A stretch of DNA of 64,000 bases from Camelus ferus (Eukaryota): the NCBI RefSeq assembly GCF_009834535.1, contig NC_045702.1, positions 42,718,001 to 42,782,000 on the forward strand. The letters are read 5' to 3'. Under the pieces are notes generated by a model. The model was given only the letters and a program-made list of their open reading frames with translations, was not told the origin of the DNA and searched no databases. The translations under genes were made by a program, and so were the position numbers. Positions 12,791-24,964 of the stretch are shown here, piece by piece; the stretch's first letter is position 1, and every line of letters starts with the position of its first letter.

Positions 12791-13080
12791 CTACTAACTC
12801 TTCATCTAGATGGAACAGAACATGTTTAATGTTAAGAGTGTATTATAACCCTAAAATACTCTCTCCCATCGGCACATAAGTTGGCCTAAAATCTAGATTA
12901 AAAGTCAACTGTAGAGTCTTATGCCTTGATTTGGTAGTGTTGAAAGTTCTGACAAATAAGATAAAGAGCGGGCAAGTTAAACAGCTGTAGAAGAAATTGG
13001 AAGAAACTCAGTATTCAGACTGCATTCTGACTGGACATCTGCACCTTTGATAAACAGAGAGGTTTGTTCATCACAATGAA

Positions 13081-13315
13081 GGTGATAATGATGGTTAACA
13101 TTCCCCGAGTTCATAGGGTGCCAGGCACTGTGAGCGCAGCATGGGCAGAGTCTAATTTAATCCTCACTGCAGCCCCATGAGGAAAGTTCTATCATGAACC
13201 TACTGAAAGCTGAGGAAACTTCGGTGTAGCAAGGTTGAGCAGTTGTCCAGGATCCATGGTGGATGTTGGAGTCGAAGCTCCGGCAGGCTGGCTCTGGAGC
13301 CCTGCTCTTGACTAA
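13081..13315 (-). mobile_element. MIR SINE
   Basis: gtgccaggcactgtg...atttaatcctcactgcagccccatgagg...gctgaggaaac...ggctctggagccc. Confidence 0.8.
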
Positions 13316-15789
13316 CATCAGCATCGTGATGGATTTGGGGGTGCTCGGGTTATGTTCTTGGGGACCCAAACCGAACATGGCCTTCTCAGTCTGAATAGTA
13401 TAATTCCATCATTGAATTTGTTTCTCTTATCTCTTCTTTTGCTTTTTTCCAGAAGCATAGTTTTGACAAACTGTGGTTAGTATGTGTGTAAGGAAGAGGC
13501 TATAACTGCTTAAACTTATTTTGTTTCCCTGAGTATCCAATACTATTATTGTCTTAGCATCTGTTTTTTTTTTTTTTTCTTCTTTCTGTTGCTCACTGAA
13601 CTGTAGTCTGATGACAAGGTATATCCAAATAAGGATAGCATTTTCCTTCTTGTTGAAAATTGGTGGTGGTTGACAACATGAGGAGTATATGCAGTGATAA
13701 TAATGTGACCAATTTCCTAGCTCAGAGATGATACATTAAAGTGACCTAGAAGGAAGGAATTAACATGGAAATCAAGCCCTTTAGTAGTTTAAGAATGAAT
13801 TTATACTTAGATTATATAAACTCATATATGCACCTATCTCCACTAGAAAAAGAAACACGTAAGGCAATAAGACGCAAATAGTGAGTTAGTGGAATAATGA
13901 TGGTTTGGCAGGTGAAAATAACAGAGGAAGATGAGAGGACCGCTCCCTAGAAATGGAGACAGTCCCCCTTCCCTTTGGGGGATGGTAGGACAGTGTCTGG
14001 AAGCAGAAGGAAGAGGAGACCCTCCTTAAACAAACCTGGCCAGACTTTATCATGCTCACCTCTGACTTTGATCTCCAGGGCAAGAAGCACTCCTATTAAA
14101 GTGGGAACTTCAGTTTTTTTGAGTAATTAGGAGACAGAAAAACATGTTCCACGGTGGAGCCTCCAGGTCTAATTACCTGCAACCTAGTTGTACCTTGATG
14201 GCAAGAAGCAAGCCACCAAGGGCATTGACAATGAGTTGCTGAATTCCTTATAAGACACAGAAAGCCTGTTAGGAAACTAGCTCCTAACAGGAAAATGTCT
14301 CTGAGTCAACAACAACAAAAAGATTTAGTAGTATGGAAGAGAGATTTATAGGGAAATGAAGACTGGACTTGAAAAAGTGGTGAAACTGTTGGAGCACCCT
14401 TTCAGTTGGAGGCGCTCTTGGCTGCCATGTTGCTCCTGTGTCACTGCCCCCTTTCCCAGCAGATTGTAGCCAGATACGTGTTATCCCCACGTGGCCCTTA
14501 AGCTCTGTGAAGGAAGATATTATTCAGACCCCCACATACCCCACCCTGGTTTTCAAGTCTCTGTCAACATAGGGCATCTAATCCATTGCATGAGGGGCTC
14601 TGGATGTAGTTTAGAAGTTGGCTGGGAGATATCCACTGGGAAGCATGCTTGTCTGGGCAATTGCTTGGAAGAAATAAAGACCCTTTCTAAAATCCCTCTC
14701 CTTGACTCCTTCATTCCCACTGGGAATAAATAGGGGAGGAGAAAGAGAATATGTGAGGATACTGATGGTGATCATTTTTTTTCCCTTTTAAAACTGGCAT
14801 TTTAAAAGTTCTTCCCTAGGAGAGTAGTTGTTCATCAAGAAAAAGAAAAGGGAACATGACAAAGACAAGAAGCTTAGATTTTCGTACTCCTCGTTTCATG
14901 TAAACAAAGGGCCTCTTCTCTGTTGGTAAATTTGAAAAACCAGATGTAAACCAGAATGGTTGCATTCTGAAGCTTAATACACTAAGAAAACAAGTCCTCG
15001 ATAAAATTTTCTCTAAGTAAGAGATGATTAACTGTGTTCAGAGGGTCTTCAGTTTGTGACTTTTTCCTTAGAAAATGGGGAAATGTGAGTTATTAATGCA
15101 AGCTAACGGTGCATTTCTGAATCATATTATTTTCTGAAATAGTACTGCACCACTCTTTTTTTTTAAATCCTATTCTGGTAAATGTAGGTTTTCCTAAAAA
15201 AAAATAAATAGAAGCATACAAAACGGAAAATCTCCAAGCAGGCAAGGAAAAAAAATAGGGATCACTTTTGAAAACTGTTCTTGTTCAAATGTGATCATAT
15301 TCATGTGACCCTCCGAAATTGAATGGAAAATGATTTTTCACTTTCAAAAGGGGCTTTGGACCAAGCCACCCCTCCAAGTTTACTTCCTAGGATGGCTCTG
15401 GCTAGTGTGTTCTTGAAATCAAAGTGAGACCCTGTCTCCTTGTCAGTAACAGGATCTATACAGCTTTTCAGGATGATGTTGGTTCTTGAATTAGCAGTTG
15501 GTACCTACTTTTGTGTATCTGATCACTAATATATAGAACATCCATGTAACTTGTTGAAAAACAAAACAAAACCCAAAATTTTGTTTAAATCAGTCATTTG
15601 GTATCCTAAAACTGCTTGTGTATAAATTTCAACTATTTTTTAAATGAATTAAATCAAACTGACTAGTGTCAGTTACAGAGCAAAGAGAAGAAAAACGTAA
15701 TAGGTTAAGTAAAGGAATGTATGTTTTCTGCATGTCATCCTGGTAGGAAAATTTCCCAGAGTTCACCACCCTTCTAATACTACTGTGGG

Positions 15790-16218
15790 NNNNNNNNNNN
15801 NNNNNNNNNNNNNNNNNNNNNNNNNNNNNNNNNNNNNNNNNNNNNNNNNNNNNNNNNNNNNNNNNNNNNNNNNNNNNNNNNNNNNNNNNNNNNNNNNNNN
15901 NNNNNNNNNNNNNNNNNNNNNNNNNNNNNNNNNNNNNNNNNNNNNNNNNNNNNNNNNNNNNNNNNNNNNNNNNNNNNNNNNNNNNNNNNNNNNNNNNNNN
16001 NCCCANNNNNNNNNNNNNNNNNNNNNNNNNNNNNNNNNNNNNNNNNNNNNNNNNNNNNNNNNNNNNNNNNNNNNNNNNNNNNNNNNNNNNNNNNNNNNNN
16101 NNNNNNNNNNNNNNNNNNNNNNNNNNNNNNNNNNNNNNNNNNNNNNNNNNNNNNNNNNNNNNNNNNNNNNNNNNNNNNNNNNNNNNNNNNNNNNNNNNNN
16201 NNNNNNNNNNNNNNNNNN
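15790..16218. other. Assembly gap (two N-runs, 212 and 213 nt, separated by CCCA)
   Basis: N at 15790-16001 and 16006-16218. Confidence 0.99.
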
Positions 16219-18699
16219 AAATATTGATGCTCAGGGTGGAAACCTGAACTCCTCAGATCATCAGTTTCTAAGGAGCAAAAAAATATTAAAGAGGGTTATC
16301 GGTAATGGTCAGAACACACAACTGAAAACATGGACATAGCTTCCTCTTTAATTTGGACAGATTGGAATGCACTCCCTCAAAATCAAACGGAAATAGTAAA
16401 ATCTAAAAACTTTTATTAGTACCAAGCTCAGCTGCACCTGGCTTCCCTAATTGCCTTCAACTGAGTCATTACTAGGGAGGCAAGATGTTTAGCCACCAAC
16501 AGCCCTTATTAATATATAATAGGAATTTACTTGTAAAACAGAATTATTGGGATGGCATGATGTCATAAAAACAGAGTGCTGACATTTTAGATAGTTTTAT
16601 ATAGGAATGTTGAATTATAATTTAAGAGTGGAATGTTCCTTTGGTAATTAATCACAATTTGGTGTGGCCTCAGTATAGGGTAGGCAAGTGGATACAGAGA
16701 ATTCATGATTGTAATGGACTTCCATTAAAGGCTGTGTTTGTGCAAATGCATGTCATTCTCATGAATTATCTATGGGAAGAAAAAAATCTCTAGTAGTTTG
16801 CAGATGTGCAAAAAATGGACCATAGCAGGTGTAAATGAAATGTTTTAGCAAGACTGCTTCCCTGATTTCTGTGTTAAAAAAAAGAAAAAAAGAGTCAAAG
16901 CCTTACAATTGTAAAAGTGCTTGCAAATTTTCCTCTTGGTCTCAATGATGCAAGAAATGGAGTACATTAGTTTTGCTGAACCTCAGACTTAGGTTCTGTC
17001 AAAATGACTCTGTGATTAATGGGTGCAGACTTTTACCTGCCCCATAAATACAGCGTGCCTTGATTACTGGGCTCCGTTTGCAGAGCCAATAGTTAACATG
17101 ATGTCAACACTTCCATTGTAAACCCTGGTTTTGGAGGGGTTTATAACTTGCTCATAAAAAGTCACTCGGGATGACACTTCGAATATGAGGTCTTAGTCCT
17201 GGGGGACGAAGATATTTAAAGGAAAAGATTTAAGTGTTCCATTTACCTATTTGTAGTTCTGTGAAGCCGTAAGCTGCATATAAAAAATTCCAGTTTTACA
17301 TACTTTAAAGAGAAAATATTTAAATAATAAAGAGGGTTTCTTAGTGCTCATTTTGTTCAGTTTTGTCCTAAAGAAGTACTCTAGGTGTTGGAACACTTAT
17401 TTTAAACCAGAAGGGAACATTTTATATGTGGTTACGATGCATTTTAGAAGACACTTAAAAAATCATTCACTACTAACGTCTTTGGGATTTTATACCACTT
17501 AGCCACATAAATTCATGTTGTAGGTCAAAATCCATAAGGACTCTAAGACAAAGCTTGAAACACGCAAGCCTTGTGAAGTTATCATATGAAGTGGGCCACT
17601 GTGGGTAAGAGGACCAACATCTTTTCTGAATTAGAACATAAAGTTTCTCTTGTTTTGAAGTGAGAGGCCAGCTCTTCTTCACCTGGTGAGGCATGGTCCT
17701 CCAGGACAGTGCTTCCCCAACATCGTGGGGGTGAGGGACTGGAGTCACCCTCAGGATTCGGGAATTTCATATGTCAGGGAAGGACTAAAGGAGTCCTCCT
17801 GGTGAGAGCAAAGGCCAGGAAACCAGGATTCACTTTCTTGGAATCTGGGGGTGGAGGGGGTGGGAGGCTGTGGTTAGAACCCAAACTTTTGAAGTGGGTG
17901 TTGAACCTGCCACAGTTTGCTTGACTTGCTGAATAGCTTAATTTAAAAAGTCATCTCACAGTGCTTTGTGATGGATTCCAAAGCCACTAGTTGGCCTGAC
18001 TGGAAAGATTTTTTTTCTTACAGTTTTGGTCTATTGAGAGGATGAGGAGGTTTGATTGTGCCATAAAATCAGTAAAGGAAGATCCTTTTAAATCCACAGT
18101 GATGGGTGAATTTTAGGTTTTTTCCTCCTTTTCTCCCATCTCCTCATCCTCCTTCCCTCCCTCCCTTTCTGCAGCCATTTCTCCCTACTTTGCTTCCATT
18201 GGAAAGCAGGATGTTACCTTTGACAGCAGTAACAAACCATGGAAGGGAAGAAGGGGAAAGAGCCCCTCCAGAATCTTCAGCTGACAGCAGAAAGGGTTGA
18301 AGGTGATGGTTACAAGACTGGCATATATTTCAAAGCTCTTTGTACTGAAATATTTATCAAAATACACACATAATTGTTTTCTGCCCTCATTCAATCATCC
18401 TGGGAAAGAACAAACTTTTCTTTATATTGTTAGACTTGTTACCATAAAATGTAAATGGTAGAAGCAATACCTATAATTCTCAGGTTGACAGGCATTAGAC
18501 TGACCGATTTGCTTGAGTAATCATGCAGGGCCCTGAATGATGGTGTGGGGCCAGTGGACAAGCCTTATTTTGAATAACAGCTCATGTAAAGAGCTTCAGA
18601 AACGTCCCCGATGGCCTGAAGGTTAAGGCAGCAGTAGCATTAATTGGCACCATGATAAAAAGTTTGTAGTGCTGAAGTTTGAAAAATGAAAAAGAATAC

Positions 18700-18855
18700 A
18701 ATGCCCTTGGGGCTTTACGTCCTATATATTTTAATCCTCACAACAACCTGGTGAAGTAAATGATTTATTCCGCCCCTCCAGCTTTGGATAGTGAGCCTTA
18801 GAAGGCTTTCTTACCTTTTCTGAGATCATGTGGCTTCTGAGCTGTGAGAGAGGAG
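18700..18855 (-). mobile_element. MIR fragment
   Basis: tttaatcctcacaacaacctggtgaagta...gagatcatgtggctt. Confidence 0.65.
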
Positions 18856-18859
18856 CCTT

Positions 18860-19190
18860 GGTGGGCAGCTGGTTGGACAGAGATGCCTTTCACTTGGGAG
18901 AGGATTAGAGAATAGAGACCAGGTGCAGAGGAAGGAGCATGTGATGCTTCCAATCTTGAACATGCTGGAGGCTAGGGCGTCACCAAGGATACAGGTCTGA
19001 TGGGCAGGTGAAGCCAGAGAAAGAGATTTGAGAGCCATTACTGTACAGATATTAACTAAGACCACTGAGGAGGAGAGAAGGTGTGGAGTGAGAAGAGACA
19101 TAGGAAGACCCTCTAGGATAAGGATGCTCCAAGTTACAGAAAGAGGAGCCTGCCCAAGAACAAAAGGAATGGCCCGAGGTGGGAGAACAG
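18860..19190 (-). mobile_element. L2 fragment
   Basis: gagatttgagagccattactgtacagat...gaggaggagagaaggtgtggagtgagaagag...gaggagcctgcccaagaaca. Confidence 0.65.
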
Positions 19191-19219
19191 TGGTACTGTG
19201 GTCTGAATATTTGTGGCCC

Positions 19220-19385
19220 NNNNNNNNNNNNNNNNNNNNNNNNNNNNNNNNNNNNNNNNNNNNNNNNNNNNNNNNNNNNNNNNNNNNNNNNNNNNNNNNN
19301 NNNNNNNNNNNNNNNNNNNNNNNNNNNNNNNNNNNNNNNNNNNNNNNNNNNNNNNNNNNNNNNNNNNNNNNNNNNNNNNNNNNNN
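19220..19385. other. Assembly gap (166 N)
   Basis: N-run immediately after an MLT1-like start (tgtggtctgaatatttgtggccc, 19197-19219). Confidence 0.99.
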
Positions 19386-19852
19386 TCTTCCAGTTACCAT
19401 GTGTCTGCATATGTCCTTATCATAAGGAGGAAGCATGCTGTTCCAAGCCTACTGAGGAGTTGGGAACACTCAGCTTAGTGTCCCCAAAACCTCAACAGGA
19501 CTTGGCCACATTCCAGCTGTGTCATCTGCTGCCCTAAGGGCAAAGGAATGCAAAGCATGCTCTGGCTCTGCAGCCACTTTTCCTGGTGCTGTTCTCCACT
19601 GGGTCTTCTTACCCTTCCCCTAGATTTACTAACTTACTCGATTTCTTCTAAGGAACCTTGCTAACGTCGCCTCATTAAAAGATCACTTGTCTGATCCATG
19701 GTGCTCACTGTAGTTTGTAAATGGATGTTGTAGTCAATAAACATTGCTAACATCACACAGGGTGTCATGATGAGGTAATATATAAGGAGCTAAGTGTTTA
19801 AAACAAGGCTAGCCACATAGTGAGTATAATTACATAATTCTTTAAAAAAAAA

Positions 19853-19927
19853 TTTTTTTACAGAGGTATCAAGGATTGAACCCAGTGCTGAGCATGCGCT
19901 CTACTACTGAGCTAGATCCACACTCCC
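19853..19927 (-). mobile_element. Vic-1-type SINE, short and internally deleted
   Basis: Reverse complement gggagtgtggatctagctcagtagtagagcgcatgctcagcactgggttcaatcc...acctctgt plus A tail; lacks about 11 nt between the A and B boxes. Confidence 0.8.
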
Positions 19928-20917
19928 TAAATATTTCTTATTTGAGATAAGACCCACGCTCCTCCTTAGAGAGGAGCCAAGTTCTTGAGTCTTTACTCAG
20001 TCCGTCAACAAGCCTTTATTGATTTCCTTGTGAGCTGTTGTCTTTGGTATTATTTTAATATTTGCTAACCCAGGGATAAACCCTCAAGTGATTTTTTTTC
20101 TTTGGAGACTTGCTACTTCCATGATTTATCATAATGATGATACCAGTATTTTATTTTGCTCCCCTTTTTCAGTAGTTTTCAGTATTTCTCCTTGCTGTCT
20201 ACCAGTGTCACAGAGAAATGGGGATGAAGGTGTATTTTGAACTGTGAGTTAGGTGTGATAAAAATGGAAGCAGGAGGCTGTCTGGTGTGATGGTGTATGC
20301 TGTCATGGGGTTCAGCAGTCAGAGCCCAAGTTAGGCCAGTCTCTTCAATTATCTGCATCTTAGACTTCTTAACCAAAAAGAAAAGAAGTGGAACGACATG
20401 GTATCTCAGGTCTCTACCAGTTTGAAAGGTCTGTTATTCTAGGTCTGTTGTTCTAGAAACCAGGCAGATCTATCGACGGCTTTTTGTCCCTACAATTCGT
20501 GAGTAATTCCACGGGCTCGAGTATCTATGTTCAAAATAGGTGGGGAGGCAAGACTTCCCACTACTACTCAGCTGATCTCCTGAGACAAGTTCTCTTCTTG
20601 TCTAGTACTTCACACTTTCCAAAAAAATTTTTATTATTGTCTAGTGGTTCAAAGAAAATGCATAGGAGTATAGCTTCTGGATTCACGTAAACAAATTTAG
20701 ATTTCTTCCTTGTGTCACCGAAATTCAGGCTCTGCTGTGACATCAAGGTTAAAAAAAAAAAACCCAAGTAGATCTTTTTCATTGTATATTCCATGACAGG
20801 TGTCCTTCTCTCCACAAGCCTAACACTCAAAGGTTGGTTGCATAAATAATCTGATAGTAATGGAATCTTAAATTCACAAAATAACTTTGCCTTTTGAGTA
20901 GCATTGCAGCTTGCTCA

Positions 20918-20931
20918 CCACAAGAGGGCAG
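20918..20931 (+). promoter_or_regulatory. CTCF-like core motif (forward)
   Basis: CCACAAGAGGGCAG is 13/14 to CCASYAGRKGGCRS. Confidence 0.45.
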
Positions 20932-21061
20932 CACAGGTGATTGAATGAAGGAAAGACCTGCAGAAATAATGTTTGCTGTTTAGAAGGCTAGTTTCCAATT
21001 TACAAAACGTCTGCGTATACATGTGTGATGGTCTCAGCGGTTCTCTGTTACAGCTAAAACA

Positions 21062-21197
21062 GGCATAATTATTCCCATTTTATAGATGGAGAAACTAAAG
21101 CTAGAAAGGCTTAAAGATGACTTGCTTACAGCTACACAGCTAATAAATGCCATCCAGGTCTTCATACCTGAATCTAGGTCTCTTTCCATCACACCAC
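21062..21197 (-). mobile_element. MIR fragment
   Basis: attattcccattttatagatggagaaactaaagct...gacttgc...acacagctaataaatg. Confidence 0.8.
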
Positions 21198-22971
21198 CCT
21201 GCCCATAAATGGTTCATTTCATCATTCCAGTGACCTCCTAAAGTAAAGTTGGGAGGCTGTACAAAAGCTGGAAAACCATCTGTTCTAAGGCAGCGGCTCT
21301 CAAATTTTTTCATGTGATGCAGCATCTTGTGAAAACTTTCCAGACCCCCTTCGCGTCCCTCTGTTCCAGAAAGATGGGAAAGGCTATGGATGTTTGCCTC
21401 ATAAGTATCCCCATGAACAGCCAGCACTGCAGTTTCAGTTATTTTGATCTGTATCATATAGTGCGTCTTAGATAGGAGGAGAGGATAACAAGAGAGGTCA
21501 AAGTGAAGGAGAAACCGGACTGGGATGTACAGAATCCAGATGACTACTTCAGTTTCCATGGTGAACTTGGAAACTCCCTGTGGGCTCCCAGAGCTCCACC
21601 CCTTTGAGTAGTTTCAAAGGAGACTGCAGAACACAGTAAAGGCACAAGCAAGGCTGAGTCAGAACTGAACGAAAAACCCCACGATTGAACTCCCAGATCG
21701 AGTTCCCAAATTCCAAGACCTGGCACTGGAGTGCCTGCCGCAGTCACACAAGTGGTCACTTTGCTGGATGACTTACATAACAGAATTTATTCTAAAGGGA
21801 TTTTACCACCCTGTTTTTTTTTTTTTTTTTGTAGTTAGAGTGATTCTATCAGGTAATTAATTTTAAGTGCTTTTATTCATTTGTTGGAAAAAATACAAGG
21901 CTCAAGCAGCAGCCTGTGGTTATACCAGTTGCCCAATGATTCATGAATTCAGATTGAAAACGGAGTAGGTACAATCAATATGTGAAAAATAGGTGCTGCC
22001 TAATTGCCTTTTAAATCAGTAAAATAATTAAACCTTTTATAGTCTGGCCAATTAATGTTTGCACATCTGTATGGTCGGCTTAATAAGAAAAATGCTTGGG
22101 AAAGATAAAATTACAATACCGAAAGCAACTAATAGTTAAAAAAAATTTCCGAGTGCAGTTGATTAATTATCCTCCTCTTTTTCTCATAAGAGACTAAACA
22201 TTTAGTAAATCCGTAGCGTTCCAGTTTAGTCAGCATTCCCATTGTAAAGTGCCTGTGTGATAATTTTTCATTCATCATTTTCTTAGATTCCATTGTGAGT
22301 GTCATTGTTGTGTTTAGTAAAAGAATACAAATATTTATTTTAAATGTTTCTTTAAACAGATTCTTGGTGGAGGGCAGAGCTCACTAATGCTCTGCAGCTG
22401 GGTTTTGGGCTTTAAAATTGGTTGTCGTCTGTGTACTAAGTCCTCTGCAAATACTCAGCCACCGAGAGCAAAATCCCACTTGACAAGAAGTTTCTAGATA
22501 TGGATTTATGCAATAGGATGTAATGTTTACTTTGGACCTGCTATGATCTACCTGGGAATTTTTTCCTATTATACGTTTATTAAAAAGCTCTAAATACATA
22601 TTTGCCCAGTGTTTTCTTATGGAAACATCTGTGTAAGGCATCTTTAACTTATTCATTTCCAAAAGGAAATTTTTAAAAGGCAGAAAGCAGCAATGGTGTA
22701 AGCAAATCAGAGAAAAGCTATGAACATAATACATTTAGAACTCACACTCCAAATTGTGGCTGAATTTTGTTATCCTAAGGAGCATTCAGTATCTGCATCT
22801 CATTCTGTTCTTCTGAAATTAAACATTTGATCCTTCTTTTTAGCAAAGCCTGTCAGGGGAGGAGTTGGGTACTGGCTTTTTTTTTTTTCCCCCTCCTTTT
22901 TCTTTCTGTTTAGCCTGCATTGAACCTTTGGCCTTACCCCAAGTGTATGGGTGGTATATGGTTTAAAATTG

Positions 22972-23295
22972 NNNNNNNNNNNNNNNNNNNNNNNNNNNNN
23001 NNNNNNNNNNNNNNNNNNNNNNNNNNNNNNNNNNNNNNNNNNNNNNNNNNNNNNNNNNNNNNNNNNNNNNNNNNNNNNNNNNNNNNNNNNNNNNNNNNNN
23101 NNNNNNNNNNNNNNNNNNNNNNNNNNNNNNNNNNNNNNNNNNNNNNNNNNNNNNNNNNNNNNNNNNNNNNNNNNNNNNNNNNNNNNNNNNNNNNNNNNNN
23201 NNNNNNNNNNNNNNNNNNNNNNNNNNNNNNNNNNNNNNNNNNNNNNNNNNNNNNNNNNNNNNNNNNNNNNNNNNNNNNNNNNNNNNNNNNNNNNN
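22972..23295. other. Assembly gap (324 N)
   Basis: N-run. Confidence 0.99.
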
Positions 23296-23609
23296 AGAAT
23301 CCTAAACACGTACTTTCAAGCCTGTGTGCTTTGTCTCTGCACTGAGAGTGGGGAAAAGGCATTCCTCCACAATGGATCCGTTTTGAGTCAAAGAGAAAAA
23401 AGTGTTCTGAATGCCAGTGGATGCTCTCATCTCTCTTGTTATGTTATTGTGACCTTATTTATGTTATTTGTGATCTGATGTCACTGTGATCGAGGTAGCT
23501 AGTGTCAAATTCAGTTTCAAATCAATCAAAGACTTAGCAAGACCACTTAGCGCAACTTTTTTTTTTACTAGCAAAAAAAAATGTATTCACCTAAATATCC
23601 ATTAATACA

Positions 23610-23920
23610 GGGAGTGCGTAAATAAAGTCTGTTCACTCTAGGAAACCATTAAAAAGAACAGTGTTTTCTATTACATATTGTTGAGTAAAATGAGTCATTT
23701 ATAGAACCGTTATGTACACTATGATCCTGTTTTGGGTGGGGAGGAACCAGCTAACTACAATACACATTTATAAGTACGTAGTGGATGTTTAGAATAACAC
23801 ACTCCAAATCGTTAATGGTAAAATTAAGGGAAAGTGGGGATGGGAGTAGGTTTTTTACTTTCTCTATACATCTGTGTATTTTAAAATTATTTTCTCATTT
23901 ATTTAACCATAATTTTTTTA
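23610..23920 (+). mobile_element. Ancient L1 (L1ME-like) 3' end
   Basis: ccattaaaaagaacag...tatgatcctgtttt...ttttactttctctatacatctgtgtattt. Confidence 0.55.
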
Positions 23921-24079
23921 TGTTCTTGGAGTAGGTCAGCTCATTCTCCAGCTAATGACTTAGTGTAAGTAAATGAATGGCTTCTGTGGGGCAGGAGGAA
24001 TAGGGAGGAAACCTCAATCCTGTTACTACCTGAGATGCTGGGATGTAGTGTCGAGAGAACGTTTTCACTGAGTGAGAGC

Positions 24080-24255
24080 TTTCCACTTGTCATTTCAGAT
24101 AATCCTTCCAGCAGCCTTACTCCACAGATACTCACAAACAGCTGGGGACACCCAGGTTTGGAGAGATTCAGTGATTTACCAGGTCACAAAGTGAGGTATC
24201 AGAATCTGAAGCCAGATCAGCTCAGCTCGAAAGACTATGCCCTTAATCCCCCTCT
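24080..24255 (-). mobile_element. MIR fragment
   Basis: ggagagattcagtgatttaccaggtcacaaagtgagg...agactatgcccttaatcc. Confidence 0.6.
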
Positions 24256-24964
24256 CTCCTCCCTATTGGGCTTCTGAGTAGATTTCTTTAAAAGCAGGTT
24301 TTATTTTCTGGGTCACATTATCCTTTCATCCTGGATTTCTTTCCAGAAAATGAGGACATAATTCAGGAGTAGTTGTTATTGTTAATGACATTTCTTAGAA
24401 ACGATTGGACCAGCCATTAAAAAGTCTCATTTCGGACCCAGGGGATTCACAGTGGATCCTCCAGTGAGTGGAGTAGCCTTTCTCCTAAATTGAGGCTGTG
24501 CTTAGTAATGTCAGCTCAATTTCAGTTGAAAAATAATTTCACACAGTGGGCGAGGTGGGGGATGTTCTCATTAATAAGAAATAGTATGCAAAATTGAAAG
24601 ATCCCAGTTATTATGAAGATATTCTTGTATAAATTCCTGATTATTGAACAATAGCTTCTTCAAACAGCTCATTTCTTTTACTATATTTATTTAATAAGCC
24701 ATGAATCTTTTTTATTTCATAAAAATATGAAACTTGTTCCCTAGACTAGCAATCTCTCTCTTTTCTTTTTGATGTATGTGTTTTTGTATATTTTAAGCCA
24801 TACAAATTTGTCTCTTGGACCTTCTTTAGCTTGGATTTCTGCTTCATATGAGATACTCCTTCCTGTTGGCCTTTTAAGGTATTATGCCTAATATTAAAAA
24901 TCCCATTTCAGTTTTCAGCTCTATTCCACAACTCAAACTTTGGAATTATTCCTGTGAAAGAAAT

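Noticed and set aside
13610-13618. GATGACAAG (DDK), reminiscent of the MYO5A 9-nt exon B
   Set aside because: No AG directly upstream and no myosin tail exons anywhere in the window
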